DNA of 64,000 nt from Laetmonice hystrix (Eukaryota), in assembly GCA_965235115.1 (NCBI GenBank), contig OZ249448.1, positions 23,684,001 through 23,748,000 of the forward strand. Reading direction: 5' to 3'. Made by a program: the position numbers and the translations under genes. The notes beneath the pieces were generated by a model, which was given only the letters and a program-made list of their open reading frames with translations, was not told the origin of the DNA and made no database searches. Positions 8,080 to 21,854 of the stretch are shown piece by piece; the stretch's first letter is position 1, and each line of letters opens with the position of its first letter.

Positions 8080-11000
8080 CTGTGTGGGCAAACGGTGAGA
8101 AATACCAAGAACACAATCGATTAAACAAAAGGTGTGGTGAATATAGGCCTATATTATTTCACTAAAAAGGCAGTGACATTGATTAAAACTGTCTACTTTA
8201 TCATTTATGTGGACCAAACTCAGTGTGATATTTTATTTATCTATCTGATCCCTTGGGAAGATATCAGCTAAGCAGTGGCGTACCCAGAAACTGGACCCAG
8301 GGGGGTGCTGGAAATAACCTTTAAAATTTTTTGGGGGGTAAATTGAGGGGGTGCTTGAGCACCCCAAGCACCCCCTGAGACTACGAATCGGACAAATGGG
8401 TTTCCTCCATCGACCCTTAATCCGCATGTATCAAGTGCATGCCATGTGAGGTCCCCATTCATCGTGGTATCAAACTTTAACTTTTAAAGTAGCAGTATTG
8501 ATGCCACCATCCCTGTGCCTGTACGGCATGGCATCCTGAACACTTTAATAGATGTAGCACGCATGCTGAAATAAAACCTTACAACGGAAGTCGATTAGAC
8601 ATACCAATGCAGCATGCAACATGTGGGATTTTTACTGTCTACGAACATGTCATAATATTAGTCACATATAACAAAGCGAAGACATGTTATAAATTCAAAG
8701 ATATCAAGCCATCACAGCCTCACAGGAAAGATGAACAATTTTCTCAGCATTATCGTTTTCAGAAACTGAAGGTCAACAGTCATTTGTAGCTGTAACCATG
8801 GAAACGACCTTCGTTATACACAAAACGTAAATGTATCCGATATCAGCAAAGTCGAGCAATTAACAAGCTGTCTGATGCACACCTACATAACTGATATAAA
8901 ATTCCGTTTTTAACGAAACTTCGGACCGTCTTGAGTTTATTTTGATGACTGCACTGTAGGCGTGTCGCTAAACTCATCAAATAGCTGTGTGGGCACAGAG
9001 TTTGAGTGATTACTGCCCACGCCAAGGTAAATAGCGTGATCATAGGGTGATTCCCTGAATAATACATATCTTACAGACGGCTAAAGCTATTTGTTGCAAC
9101 GGAGGATGCAGCAAAGAGCCTATTTTAAACACTTCACAGATGATCGATTTTACAAACATTCAAACTGTGCTTCATATATTAAATTTTCCCCAGTTAATCG
9201 CAATTTATACACCAGATATGGTTAAACCGTTGTCCCAAACCCCCGTCCGAACAATTCCCGCTGAACACATCCTGTAAATGATGACTCACCGCTAGGAGTC
9301 GCCACCAGTCCGTCCCAGATTGAATCCAGTAAATCTAATTTTACATTATTCGCACGTAATCGACCAACGGGGGAGTATCGTTGAGAGAAGTTGGGAGAGA
9401 ACCGCCATATTGAAACTCCCGGTCTCATTAGAGCGGTAATTGCCTTACAATTACCGCTCAATCGGAGATCTGCGTTTCAGGGAAATACCGCACTCAATGA
9501 AGGAAATACCGCACTTAATGTAGGCACGGCAGGTACCGCGGCAGTCGCCTACTCCCCGGCGGAAATTGTGCTCAGTGGTCAGGTTTCGGTCAAATCATTG
9601 CTGCCAGTGTGTGCAGTGACTAATTTCTTGTGTACGGATATAAACGGGGAGGAGGTAAGAAGGGATGGAGTCGGCTAAAGGATGTTAGATGGATATGGTT
9701 TTAATTTTTGTATTTATTGCATTTTTGTTGATATACGTTATACATAGATGCAAGTCAGCAGGAATGTGTTTACATAATGCTGCCCCTTAAAGTCTAACAC
9801 AGACATCAAAATTAATATGAAATTTAGTGCCAGATCTTGATGATACATGTAATTTGTTGTTGTTTAACCTAAAGGAGCGGTTATTGTACAAGAACTTGAA
9901 CTGTATGTAAGCCAATTCCCCTAATGACGTCATCAGGGGCAATGTTAAAGAATAGGCGGGAGTGAGACTGTAATGTGGCGCGCGATTCTAATTGTCAATT
10001 TTTTTCTAAATTGAGAGAACTTCTCAGAAAACCTATCAGGGACACATCTAGAACTCAAAGTGATCTATCTAGATCAGTAAAGTTACCCATGTGATGTCAG
10101 TTGGACTTTAAGAATCGTGTAAGAATGATCCTGAGCGCAACCTTTGGCTGGTCGTAAGAGGCGAGGAATGGGGCGAGGGCTGGTTGGGGGAGTGGTCGGG
10201 TGTCGGATTGCAGAATTATCTGTGTGGCACAGATTGGTCCTTCCAGCACCATTTCTCTCATTGACCCTCCCCAGTGCTCCACAACAGGGTCGTCAAATGC
10301 TGGTGTGTCCGGTCATGTTTGTGTGTCTGGACATATAAATGTACACTTGCCATGTGTTCGGAAATCGAAAGGGATCGCCTCGCGATGGTGTTTCATGACT
10401 AAATATAAGTTTTATTGTTTTGTGATTTGTGAGCTACAATCTGCACAATCACTACATCAGTCATGGTGCTGGCATGCCCACAAACATCCATAGAGCTCCC
10501 CAGTACCACGGTACTTCACCCCATCCCAACCGACTGCACCAAGACAACAAACTTCCCAGCACAAATCGACTTAATGTTAAGCCACTAAGATTTGAACACA
10601 GTGAATTGTAGCTGGTATGTCGTGCCGGTGGCCGACTGAATAGCGCGCATAATCGGCCACGCATCATTGAGGCCCGGTCAATAAAGTCCGCGAGCTTCCG
10701 GAAGATTGTACCGAATAGCTCTGTCGTAACTTCGATCTCGACCTCGCTCCATCCCCACACCCCAACCCCCACCTACACACACCCAACCCCAACACCCAAC
10801 ATTTTCTGAAAACTGTGCTTGAAAGTAGTTCAGACATGTTGTTCATTCCGAGAGAGCGCCAGGAGAAAAAAGATCCAATATTTCAGATTTTCTTGCGGTA
10901 TGGCCTGAGCATGCAGAAAACGGTGGTCAAGGGATCGGGCACTACAGACCCCAATATCCAATAGCTTGAAATGACAAGATTTTAATTATCCTTCAAATGG

Positions 11001-12244
11001 CGAGTGAAACCGACGCCAATAAGCGTCAGTTTGCAATAGGAGACTGGTGGCTTATTCCGATTATCCATGGGACGCCGTCTTCAATTAATACTCAGGTAAT
11101 ATTCCCCGTAATGGACGACGATGGGCCTTCTATTATTTATATCTTGGTAGTAATTGCGCTTTTAAGAACTTAGTGAGTGATAACGCGATTGTGACAAATG
11201 AAATATAATGTCGGACAGCAGCAAGGCCTGAATGGGATGGCTTTCCATTTTTACCTTTAACCCAGTAAAGTTAGAACTCTGACACATTCTGCTATGTTTA
11301 CTATGTCGTATCTATCCTGTTTCTGAAAATTAATCAAACATATACCATCGTGTCTGAACAACGAGACATTTCGTGGGCACGTATTTTTTTTTCTTTTGCT
11401 GCATTTATGATTTGTTTCATTACAGGAGACAAAAATTCAAATTGTAGATGTGTTAGCTAGGCTAAGCACACGCTTAAATGTAACCGTTTAAATTCGGCAG
11501 TGAGCCAATGCAGATGTTGCATTCGCCGGGCACGTTCTCGTGTTTCATGCCCGAAATAAGCTCTTGTCTCCGCCTCGAGCATGAATCGCTCGAGCATTAC
11601 CACCTCCATGCAATATCCACTAAACATTCAATTCAATTATTGATTCCGAAATACAAATATAGTCACAATATCATAAAAAATATGATATGTCTCACGGAAA
11701 CAAAGGGGACTGACTCCTAAATGAATGAAGAGACATGAAGTTGTTCCACGTAAAATAATACTGGCGATCAAGCTATCAACTTCTCCCTGGCTGGACGGAA
11801 ACATTAGAATGGTGACAGAATGTATGTTAGAGATTGTGGGCGAGTTCTAAGATCTCTGATAATCCTGTACAACTGAACCGTCGTCTCATTGTTATCATAT
11901 GTCCCGAGGCAGGGATTATAAAACTTTCATTTCACCATCATGGTTGCTGTTTCCACAGGAAGCGGAGAGGACTGATGATCAAACAGACAGATGCCAGCTG
12001 TACGGCCAGGTGTCTGCTCGGAGCTGGAAACGCTCAGCCAACACATCCATCTGCCGCCTGATCATGTCTGCGCTAATTCTCTCCAACTGAAGTTCGTAGA
12101 TCCATTTAAAAACGAAATCGCTTTGTTGGAACAGGAAAAAAAGAAGCAGTTGAGCATGGACTGGCTTGTGGAGTTGACACACCTGCTGGGCCTACAGCGG
12201 CGAGCCGGATACTGAGTGAAAGGAGCCTTGCATACATAAAAAAC

Positions 12245-12580
12245 AACTTTGACGTTAAATATTTCAAAAATCCTACGTCACAAGCTTCTGAGACGTTATA
12301 TGAGTAAACATCTTGATGTGTTTAACATCTGCTGACATTTTTAAGTGGATATCTCAAAGAGTCCTTACATGAGACCAAAATTTAAAAATGTGTCCAAATG
12401 ACCACCTGTTCAAGAAAAAACCAGGTAGGACGTTATTACAACAATCTTTGAGACATAATCTTAATTTTGGTCTCATTTTTATCTAAACTTTATCAGATAT
12501 CAAGAACATCGAGGGGATAACTACTGTAAATTTTTATAAGCTTGTGATATAGGGTTTTTGAAATATTTAACGTCAAAGTT
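12245..12580. mobile_element. Foldback/MITE-like element with ~43-bp inverted termini
   Basis: aactttgacgttaaatatttcaaaaatcctacgtcacaagctt vs aagcttgtgatatagggtttttgaaatatttaacgtcaaagtt. There is also an inner IR, tgagaccaaaatt / aattttggtctca. Confidence 0.75.
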
Positions 12581-13959
12581 CGGCAAATTTTTTTGTTTTT
12601 TTTTTGGGGGGGGGGCACAAGTCAGCCTCTGGTCGAATAGTCCGGGCGTAGTTACTTCCCTTCCATGACGCTATGGACTCAACCTGATCACATCCAAGCG
12701 ATAATATATATTTTGCATGACGTCACGGCCATTCCTTGGCTTGAGCCAGTTTTTTTATGGCCACCAGATACATATACTATTGTATAATAATACCGCATTC
12801 TTTTCTCGGAACCGTGTCCTGTTCGCCAAGCCTTACTAATACAGATAGGAAATCCAGTCTCTGTCTCTCTCCGCCTCTCTGCTCTCCTCTCGCCGTCTGT
12901 TTCTGTCCGTCTGCCTGTCTTTCTCTGTTTCTGTCTCTCTGGGAACAACAGTCATCACTAGCAGTTGCTGGAGCCTATACGTCTAGCCGATCTTCGCTGA
13001 ACCCGAATCTAGACTGACAGATTTGATCTTTATGAACTTCAGGCACACTCAGACGGAAATGAATGACTTGCCATGCGCAGTCAAACTAAGGACCGGGACA
13101 GATTGGAGGCGAGGCGACATAAACGGCAGCGTACTCGGTCACGTGACGGTCCCGGAAATCCGCCCGTAATGACTGCAGTATTGGATACGGTAGGCCAGCG
13201 TGTCCCGGCATGCTCTGCGAGCAGAATTCGCCTTCTGATGAGGACCATTCTGCTTATTTGCAATGATTGTGTTTGGGGTGCGTGGCTCTAGCCGTCAAAT
13301 GTCAAAATTAGCTTGTTAGGATCGCGACTCTGGCGTTCTTGTGGTTGCGGATGACGCGGCGTCTGGTGGGGGAGTGGATACGCCGGGGGGGGGGGGGGGG
13401 CTTCTGGCACGGCGGTTTTTGAAATAAGATATTTCTAGAAATTGGGAAAATATATATCAGCTGTATTGCCAACATGAAAACTCTTACTGTTCTAGGGTGA
13501 GTAATTCCTTAGCATCTGCTTTCAATCCATTGATTCGCCTACGTTATTATTCGCAGTCTAATTAGATGGATAACTGCCCCCGAGGAATGTCTCATTCCAG
13601 CTTGCCTGAATGCATACATCCACAGTTGTGAAGATACTATAATGGCGGGGAAAAGGTGGACATTGTGTACACGTTGTATCATTTCTCCACACTCCTGTTT
13701 CTACTTAGATGGGAACGGAGAGGCATATGTTCAAACATATGGGGGTACGGTAAATAAGCAGATGTGCACCAAGAGAGGCAAACGCACAAGCACAAACACC
13801 GTATGCCAATAACATACTTTTTATGTCTTTGGTCTTCAAGACATTTACACATCTGCAAAGCGGGCAGAATTCGCTCGGCGAATATGAAGATGGGAAAGAG
13901 TAGAATGAATGGTGCTCGGTGCTCAAAGTCAGATGTAATATATACCTCTCAACGAGTGT

Positions 13960-14747
13960 GGCAGTAGATTCTCTACATCTTGTAATGCCAGGTCCCTATG
14001 CCTCTCAACGAGTGTGGCAGTACATCTTGTAACGACAGGTCCCTATGCCTCTCAAAGAGTGTGGCAGTACATAACGACAGGTCCCTATGCCTCTCAACGA
14101 GTGTGGCAGTAGATTCTCTACATCTTGTAACGACAGTTCGCTATGCCTCTCAACGAGTGTGGCAGTACATCTTGTAACGACAGGTCCCTATGCCTCTCAA
14201 CGAGTGTGGCAGTAGATTCTCTACATCTTGTAACGACAGGTCCCTATGCCTCTCAACGAGTGTGGCAGTAGATTCTCTACATCTTGTAACGACAGGTCCC
14301 TATGCCTCTCAACGAGTGTGGCAGTAGATTCTCTACATCTTGTAACGACAGATTCCTATGCCTCCCAACGACTGTGGCAGTAGATTCTCTACATCTTGTA
14401 ACGACGGGTCCCTATGCCTCTCAACGAGTGTGGCAGTACATCTTGTAACGACAGGTCCCTATGCCTCTCAACGAGTGTGGCAGTACATCTTGTAACGACA
14501 GGTCCCTATGCCTCTCAACGAGTGTGGCAGTACATCTTGTAACGACAGGTCCCTATGCCTCTCAACGAGTGTGGCAGTACATAACGACATGTCGCTATGC
14601 CTCTCAACGAGTGTGGCAGTACATCTTGTAACGACAGGTCGCTATACCTCTCAACGAGTGTGGCAGTAGATTATCTACATCTTGTAACGACAGGTCCCTA
14701 TGCCTCTCAACGAGTGTGGCAGTACATCTTGTAACGACAGGTCCCTA
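13960..14747. repeat. Minisatellite with 56-, 47- and 42-bp unit variants
   Basis: Core cctatgcctctcaacgagtgtggcagta[gattctcta]cat[cttgt]aacgacaggtc. Confidence 0.93.
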
Positions 14748-15304
14748 AATGACCAAATGCAATCAACTGAATCATCCGAAGTTCCACTATGATCTTTTTC
14801 CGAAAGGGTCCTAATTATGACCAAATGGGTATCCAGGGATATACAGGGAATGAATTCGGTGGTCTACTTCCAGTAAACCTAGAGCTAAGAAACAATCTAG
14901 GGTTGTTTGCCTTGCGAAAGAGAACAATACCTTTGTGTAAATGATTTTTAAAACCTCAGTACCACAGTTGTACATGCATTCCTATTGTTGTCATTATGAT
15001 GTCATTAACGTTACAGCAGATTTGTGCGTATAGCTAGGGCGCATGCCTGACGCCCTAGTAACCGAAACAAATAATCCACGACATGTGATCGTTTTATTTC
15101 TGGGGTTCACTCTCGGATTCTGAGAGATAGCGCTAATGGCTCCGGGCCCGTTTGAGTTCCCCTGAAGATTACAAGCCATGGCATGAGCTTCAATCGAATC
15201 CAATTTGAAATCAAATCAAGAATTCAATTTGGACTGAAGGAGTCCTGAGTGGCTGAGATATGATGATGATAGGAGGAACTGTGTGACAGTGGGTGTGTAG
15301 GTTT

Positions 15305-15500
15305 TGGTGTGTGGGGTGGGGTTGGGGTATATATCCTAGGGGTGGAGGTTGGGGGTGTGTGGGGTGGGGTTGGGGTATATATCCTAGGGGTGGAGGTTGG
15401 GGGTGTGTGGGGTGGGGTTGGGGTATTTATCCTAGGGGTGCAGGTTGAGGGTGTGTGGGGTGGGGTGGGGTTTTTTTTATCCTAGGGGCGCAGGTTGGGA
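15305..15500. repeat. 48-bp G-rich tandem repeat x~4
   Basis: Unit gtgtggggtggggttggggtatatatcctaggggtggaggttgggggt. Confidence 0.88.
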
Positions 15501-16209
15501 TAGCAGTATCTACAACAGTCCAAGGGATTGTTTCATAAATCATGATCATTGCCCTGACATAATGTGATGAAAAGTTTGCCCTGAGGGTACATGAAGACGT
15601 TGATCGATCAGCGGTGAAGAGTGCCGCCCGTACACGGTCACCCAGTTGTTATAAAACTTCCTAGAGTTCAACATCAACTGATGCTGCCGGCCGGGCAGCC
15701 AGCTACGGACTGATGGTGTTCCATTAGGGTTCGATTCGTAATCAGGGATGCCCCCGGCAGGTGACCTTGACCAAAGGTCAGGCGTGGCACGCCATGTCTG
15801 TGGACAAAACGAGCCTTTCCTACTTCTCGTAAAGACGGGACATCGTATCCATACCTGATCAACTATCATGGCGTCCAATCGTAAGTCTCAGTTGTGACCG
15901 TAACGTTACGCAGCAATGTATCGCTGTTTCTGGACTGTTTCTTTTCTTTCTAAAGTCAATACAATAAAACAAAGAACTCTTTCTCGTCCGTCTATAGGTG
16001 AGAGAATGACTCACAGTCCTGAAACAACATGTCTGTACTGAGCGCGCAGTCACGGGTTGTCACGTGACCAATGAATCATCCAATCACCTCACTCAAAGCT
16101 GTCCACGTGCTTCGTTATCTCCGCTATCCGAATTGACACAACCGTCAATGACGGCGACCAAATCCACCCTGACACGTGTTGTAGGCTACCAAAATATACT
16201 GTAGTTCAT

Positions 16210-16330
16210 CACAAGTACCCAAGCAGGCTAGACTTAGCTATCACAAGTACCCAACCAGGGTAGACTTAGCTATCACAAGTACCCAAGTAGGGTAGATATA
16301 GCTATCACAAGTACCCAAGCAGGGTAGACA
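16210..16330. repeat. ~32-bp tandem repeat x~3.5
   Basis: Unit acaagtacccaagcagggtagacttagctatc. Confidence 0.85.
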
Positions 16331-16919
16331 TAAAGTTACTCGAATATGTGCAAATTAAAGCTGTCATTGTGTGTTTTACATGAATAAATGAAGGCGGACT
16401 GGGGTGAGGTGGTAATCCTTCTCCTGCTAACCGGGGCTGTTCACAGATTAACGACACGTCGGCATAGAGTATTAGCAGCATTAGATCCTTGTTTATCTGG
16501 CAATAATTATGCAATAAGTAGTGCTAATTAGTAAATGCATTGTTCGCACACTAATGATGGATAGCTGCGCGAATCCCCTGGCAGAGAGGATGTCATAGAA
16601 TTTATCATTTACTGCATAAGTAACAGGGCTAGCTTTTACTGGTATTTTTTTCTTTGTTTTTGCGTTAGAAATTGTAATGTTGACATGGTTGGATCCTGTC
16701 CGCGCTGAATCATTACCGCAGATTGACGAAACGGTCACGTACATCCACGACGGACGCAATAAAGAGATTATGTAATTTGGATCAGTGGATGTCACCTTAA
16801 TCTGCCGGATTTCGTCTGCCAAGATTACAATCTGTCTATCTCCATGGTAATCTTCCACGAAATTTGGCGGCAAAAATTACCCATCTCCCACTATTCCTAA
16901 CCGTAAATCTGCCACCAAT

Positions 16920-17000
16920 ACTAACCTATCCCTATAGCGCTGCCACTAACCTATCCCTATAGCGCTGCCACTAACCTATCCCTATAGCGCTGCCACTAAC
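16920..17000. repeat. 25-bp tandem repeat x3
   Basis: Unit ctaacctatccctatagcgctgcca. Confidence 0.85.
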
Positions 17001-18005
17001 TCTAACTCGTGGGAATGGCACCATGGAGGAATAACCTTGAACAATTAGCAATGTCGGATGTCGGATGTCGGTCAGATTGTGACCAATGCAATCACAAACT
17101 TATCCCCCGACAATAACAATTTAAATCTACACGGACCACACTACAGGAATATCATTGAGGAACATAATTTGGTCCCATTACTCATATTCCTCCGACTTTG
17201 TAATTTTCCCAACTGACACATCATCGCTTTATCCTCAGTATCGATAATCATGCACGCCTAATTTGAACTTCAATGGTTTTATGACCAACATATTCCCACC
17301 ATATTCTCACATGAAGTAAAGCTGTTTGTATCTACAAACAAATGATAGGATGGCAGAGGCAGAGATTCTCTTTAACGTTTACCGAAGGCAGAGGGTTGAA
17401 GGACAAGTGATAACCATATTTATCATGGCAGTAATGAATGCTGTATGGGACAAACTCGCCATCGCCCGTACCTGGCGCTGCCGTTGTGTTGGCGAGTTGA
17501 GCACACGGCAGCAAGCGCGGATAAAATCATGAATTATTACAACAAGCTCTGCCAGCAACATGACACTCTGTAAATTATCACAAACTGTTCTCACAGCAGT
17601 CCAGTCACAGTGGCGGTCAACTTTCACAGCCTCCTTCTGTGTCAAGTCGCAGACGGTCTTGTCAATGGGAGGGGGTTGCCATTTGACATCTAGTTGGGCC
17701 TGCAGTTTTTGCCTAGCCATTTTTTAAAGTCACGCTATGGAATTTTTTTCCTGTCAAGCGATTTGATGATGAATATTTATTTCCACTCGTGCCTTGTGGC
17801 AATTTATTCATTTCACCTACTTTCCCCTATAAAAGGAAATTCAAACCCAAAACCTCCAGCCCCCTAATGGTGGCCCCCTAGGCAGACAAGATGGTGGTGG
17901 GTATTTCCTCACCTAACAACGCGACTTGACTCAACTGCGATTAAAAAAATCGGAATTGCTTTTGGAAAAATGACAAAACTCCCTGGCAGTACGGGAAATT
18001 TACAA

Positions 18006-18216
18006 NNNNNNNNNNNNNNNNNNNNNNNNNNNNNNNNNNNNNNNNNNNNNNNNNNNNNNNNNNNNNNNNNNNNNNNNNNNNNNNNNNNNNNNNNNNNNNN
18101 NNNNNNNNNNNNNNNNNNNNNNNNNNNNNNNNNNNNNNNNNNNNNNNNNNNNNNNNNNNNNNNNNNNNNNNNNNNNNNNNNNNNNNNNNNNNNNNNNNNN
18201 NNNNNNNNNNNNNNNN
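18006..18216. other. Assembly gap (N run), followed by a (GA)n microsatellite to ~18312
   Basis: Run of n followed by gagagaga. Confidence 0.98.
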
Positions 18217-18261
18217 ACAGGGAGAGAGAGAGAGCTACAGAGAGCGGTTAGGCCTAGCAGG

Positions 18262-18305
<44 letters not shown>

Positions 18306-21300
18306 GAGAGAGGGAGGGGGTTCCAGCAACTTGGAAACCCCCTGTAACATTGTGTGATAAAGAAGCATTACGGTAGAAGGTCAAATACTAATTATAATAT
18401 ATGCTCTAATTTCATGCGGAGCTTAAGATGTAGCGCTGCATATGTTTGAATTAAATTCTTGGACAATTCTTGGGGAATGATCTGCCAACAATTTTGCTAG
18501 AGGGGTAAGCATATTTGACGTCTTAAATGGCATATTTTATTACGGAACACATGCAATTATAATGGCAAATACGGGCGTGCTCATTGAGAGCGTAATTGTG
18601 TTAGCAATTCAATTTACTTTGCATGGATTTGGGGTAAAAATAAGATTCGTTCCAATTGAATAAAAGGAAAATGGTATTGATGTTTGGAGAAAGGCTGATC
18701 CATGGCAGTACGTGAACAATTTGCTTCCCACCACTGACGTATGTATGAATAATGATTAGTCTGCTGATGGTGTTCACATCCTAGCATTACATTATTAGTT
18801 AGTTTGCATAAGCTTATCGGTCTCTAGCGCGTTCAAAGTTGTTTTTCCATGTTGAATATCATGATGTGGCAGTTCGATATCCTAACTCTGGTCTCGAAGC
18901 CATCAGTCTTAGTGTAATAGATCCACTCAAATTTCGATATGATTGCATCGTTTTTGCACCCCACTGTGCATCTTCTTGACGTCGACGGGGCAGACATTCT
19001 TTGAGGAGAATTTTGTATTTTATATCTGAATTTTTGTAAGCAAAATGTACTGCGTTAAGCTTTTAGCATAATTGCTTTTGGCTTCTGGAGATAACACATA
19101 AAGAAACGATTGAACACCCAGTTCGTCTGTCCCGGCTGTATCTCACAGCGGTCGTGTCCAAGGTGTCGGCCAGTCACCGGTTATAGTAGTATAATCAAAG
19201 TCTCCTATGATTCAGGTCAAAGGTTATCTTACCAACCGTATCCGCACCGCACACAAACCAACATAAATACATAAATTTAATACAAGTGGCTCTTGTCCCA
19301 GGAAACAGAGCTTCCAGATTATCACCGGAAAGATGGGGAGAGAAAATGTAAAGATCTTGTCGAAAAGCTATGGGCTAGCAAGTTTGAAAACTCTGCCACA
19401 CAATATACCTCATGTATACCTCGGTTCTGATAGTCTGAGTTCTCTGATAGACTTCACGCTGCATCACGTGATGTCTCCACATGTGACGACACAATATCGA
19501 CTCAGCGCTATCCATTGTCAGAGTCGCTTTAAGAGTCGGTTGTATCCCACTAATACGCTGAAAGCATTCCGGAGGGTCACGAGTGGACCACGACTGTTGT
19601 GTTACCCGTTTACATCCCTGGATTAGGGTGACAGTCGCCATGGGTTGGCACATTTCGTCAGGTTACCGGAAGTGCTAAGTCATCCGCTTATCTCTCCATC
19701 AAAGAAGTTCTCTTGAGAAGAAACTTTCGGATTCTTCGGCTGAAATCACTTTGTAGTAACACTTTGGTGGTTGTTTCCCGAATGTTAACATTGGGCACAC
19801 CTGGCCTGTACGTTATGTGCCCCAGACATCACATAATAGCCACGCTAAGTGAGGAGAGCTTGCTTCATTAGCAAACTTACGGACCTTTCAACGGAACGCA
19901 AACAGTGGCCTTTAGCTAACACTTAGCGACTCTTGGCGTGGCCGTTCTCTCAGCGTCCATCATCACCGTTTGTGTCGAACCTCTATAGTTTATACCGACC
20001 ACCATGGATGCTCTAGCTTACCACAATTTTGATTTTCTTGGTCAGTTATGTAAACCATGATGCGGAATGTTCAGCTTCGATAAACTGAACAAATTGGGCT
20101 TGTTATAAATTTTTTAAACCCTTATTCACAATTTTACGGTACTCAGTCATGAGGGGGCGTCTCAGTAGCCGGGAAAATGATCCCGAGAAACAGCGATGAC
20201 ATTAAAGAAATAGTATCTCGGCATGGCCCGTATTAAAAGCACACACACCATGTGGCCACTAAACACTATCTGTAAAATGTCGGGCAGGTGTTGTCGTAAT
20301 GGCGACGTGGTAAGTCAGGTCGCACATAGAGGGCGCCACTGAAGGCAGTGCACTGTTTCCACACGTGGTCGGAGTCAGCTGGCGGTCGGACGCTACGTAA
20401 ACGTCTAAACACTCGCCCTACAGGGCGCCCAGTTGAGTAGCACGGCTGCAGCAGCTGTCAGAGTCCGTCCGGGTTGTTAGAGTTGTTAACCTGCCTTGCG
20501 TTCAACCGGGTTCGTTAACACTTGGCCCTCCCTTGGAATGCCAATTAGATTGAGCTCGGCGCGGGCCTCCGTCCTTACTCAACACGTAAACGATACAGAG
20601 GTAGATACTCGGATACTCTGTGTCTAAACCCGGGCAGGTTGGCCCCAGAACGTTAGGGGTAAATATAGGATGGTCCAGATGGGAACCACCCAGCACGTGT
20701 TGTGGCCTACGACTGAGGGCGCTTAGTGCTTCCCAAGAATATAATTTAGAGGCGTTTAGCGCGTTCACATAAAGCCATCTATCCCATTTATGTATTATAC
20801 AATAACAATATATTTAGGAGACTTTTAAGACAGTCAATATCGCGATGGTTTTAGTCCATTAGAAGAATTACTAGAAACCCTCAGATTCAATATAATAAAT
20901 CCCGGTGTCTTTCCTTATCTTACACGACCAATGACCATGACATGTCATGACATGACATGACATGTGATCACTAAATCATGTTTGCAGTGGTATACAAACT
21001 TTGCAGGCACATTACATGCACTGGGCCGACGAAATAAGACCCCCACCCTCTAATACAAGATTCATTGATAGACCTGTGTAGGCCACCAAAGCCAGTCCTC
21101 GCGACAGTGCCCAGTTTCCAGACAGAAAAGGATTCCACCCACATACATAATTCAAGCCGGACACTTGATCAAAGAGCACGAATTGCAATGTCCGTGCCAA
21201 TACCTCCGTATTGAAATGTTGTCCTAAACCTTTGTCAGTGTATAGTTCACAGCAGTTTTAACTGACTGAAACTTTACCAGATGAATAATTCGCGTATATC

Positions 21301-21639
21301 ATCCATTGAAATGATGCCTCATGTCTTCAGGAAATGGAGAGAACGTTTGAGTCGCGATAAGTATCAAACATTGATGGGTTGGTGGCGGTGGTGGCGGTGG
21401 CGGTGACCTGAAGGGCAAGAGGCAGTAGTTGGCTTCGTTGGAAACATCACCTACCCCTTGTGCATGCCGTCTCGCGGATATCCTGCGATAATCGGGAAAG
21501 TGGATAGGAGCAGCCAAGGTTAGCTTGCCTCAAACGTGCAGTGTACGATCGACAATCCCCACCGCCCCCCCCCCTGAAGGAATGGAGTAAGATAATCTTA
21601 CTCACCAAGCCGCAAAATGTTCAAAAGTCTGAATCTCAA

Positions 21640-21854
21640 CAGGTCAGGGTCACATCGAGGCATTCCGCCATTGGTGGCGGAAACCGTAACACTCGGATAA
21701 AACTACAGACCTGCCACCTGGCGCCAGTTAACTGAACTCCTTCTAAAACATGGCTAGAGGGGGATTCGAACCCAGCGGCAGGGATTCGAACCCAGCGGTG
21801 AGCTGGTCTTTGTTCACGAGCGGAAGCCTTAGACCCATGAAGCACAGCGGCTCC
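21640..21854 (-). mobile_element. tRNA-derived SINE copy with a tandemly duplicated B-box
   Basis: Minus strand reads ggagccgctgtgcttcatgggtctaaggc (A-box-like) ... ccgctgggttcgaatccc tgccgctgggttcgaatccc (B-box twice), then a ccgagtgttacggtttccgccacca core resembling the ccgggtactccggtttcctccacca motif of invertebrate SINEs. Confidence 0.6.

Noticed and set aside
9290-9430. Candidate exon 1 ending at a strong phase-1 donor AGCG|GTGAGT
   Set aside because: The frame (MRPGVSIWRFSP...WDGLVATPS) has no hydrophobic signal core.
19233-19272. Candidate exon 1 MYLCWFVCGADTV-G|GTAAGA
   Set aside because: The phase is correct but the hydrophobic core is too short and there is no promoter context. 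It cannot be fully excluded without cDNA.
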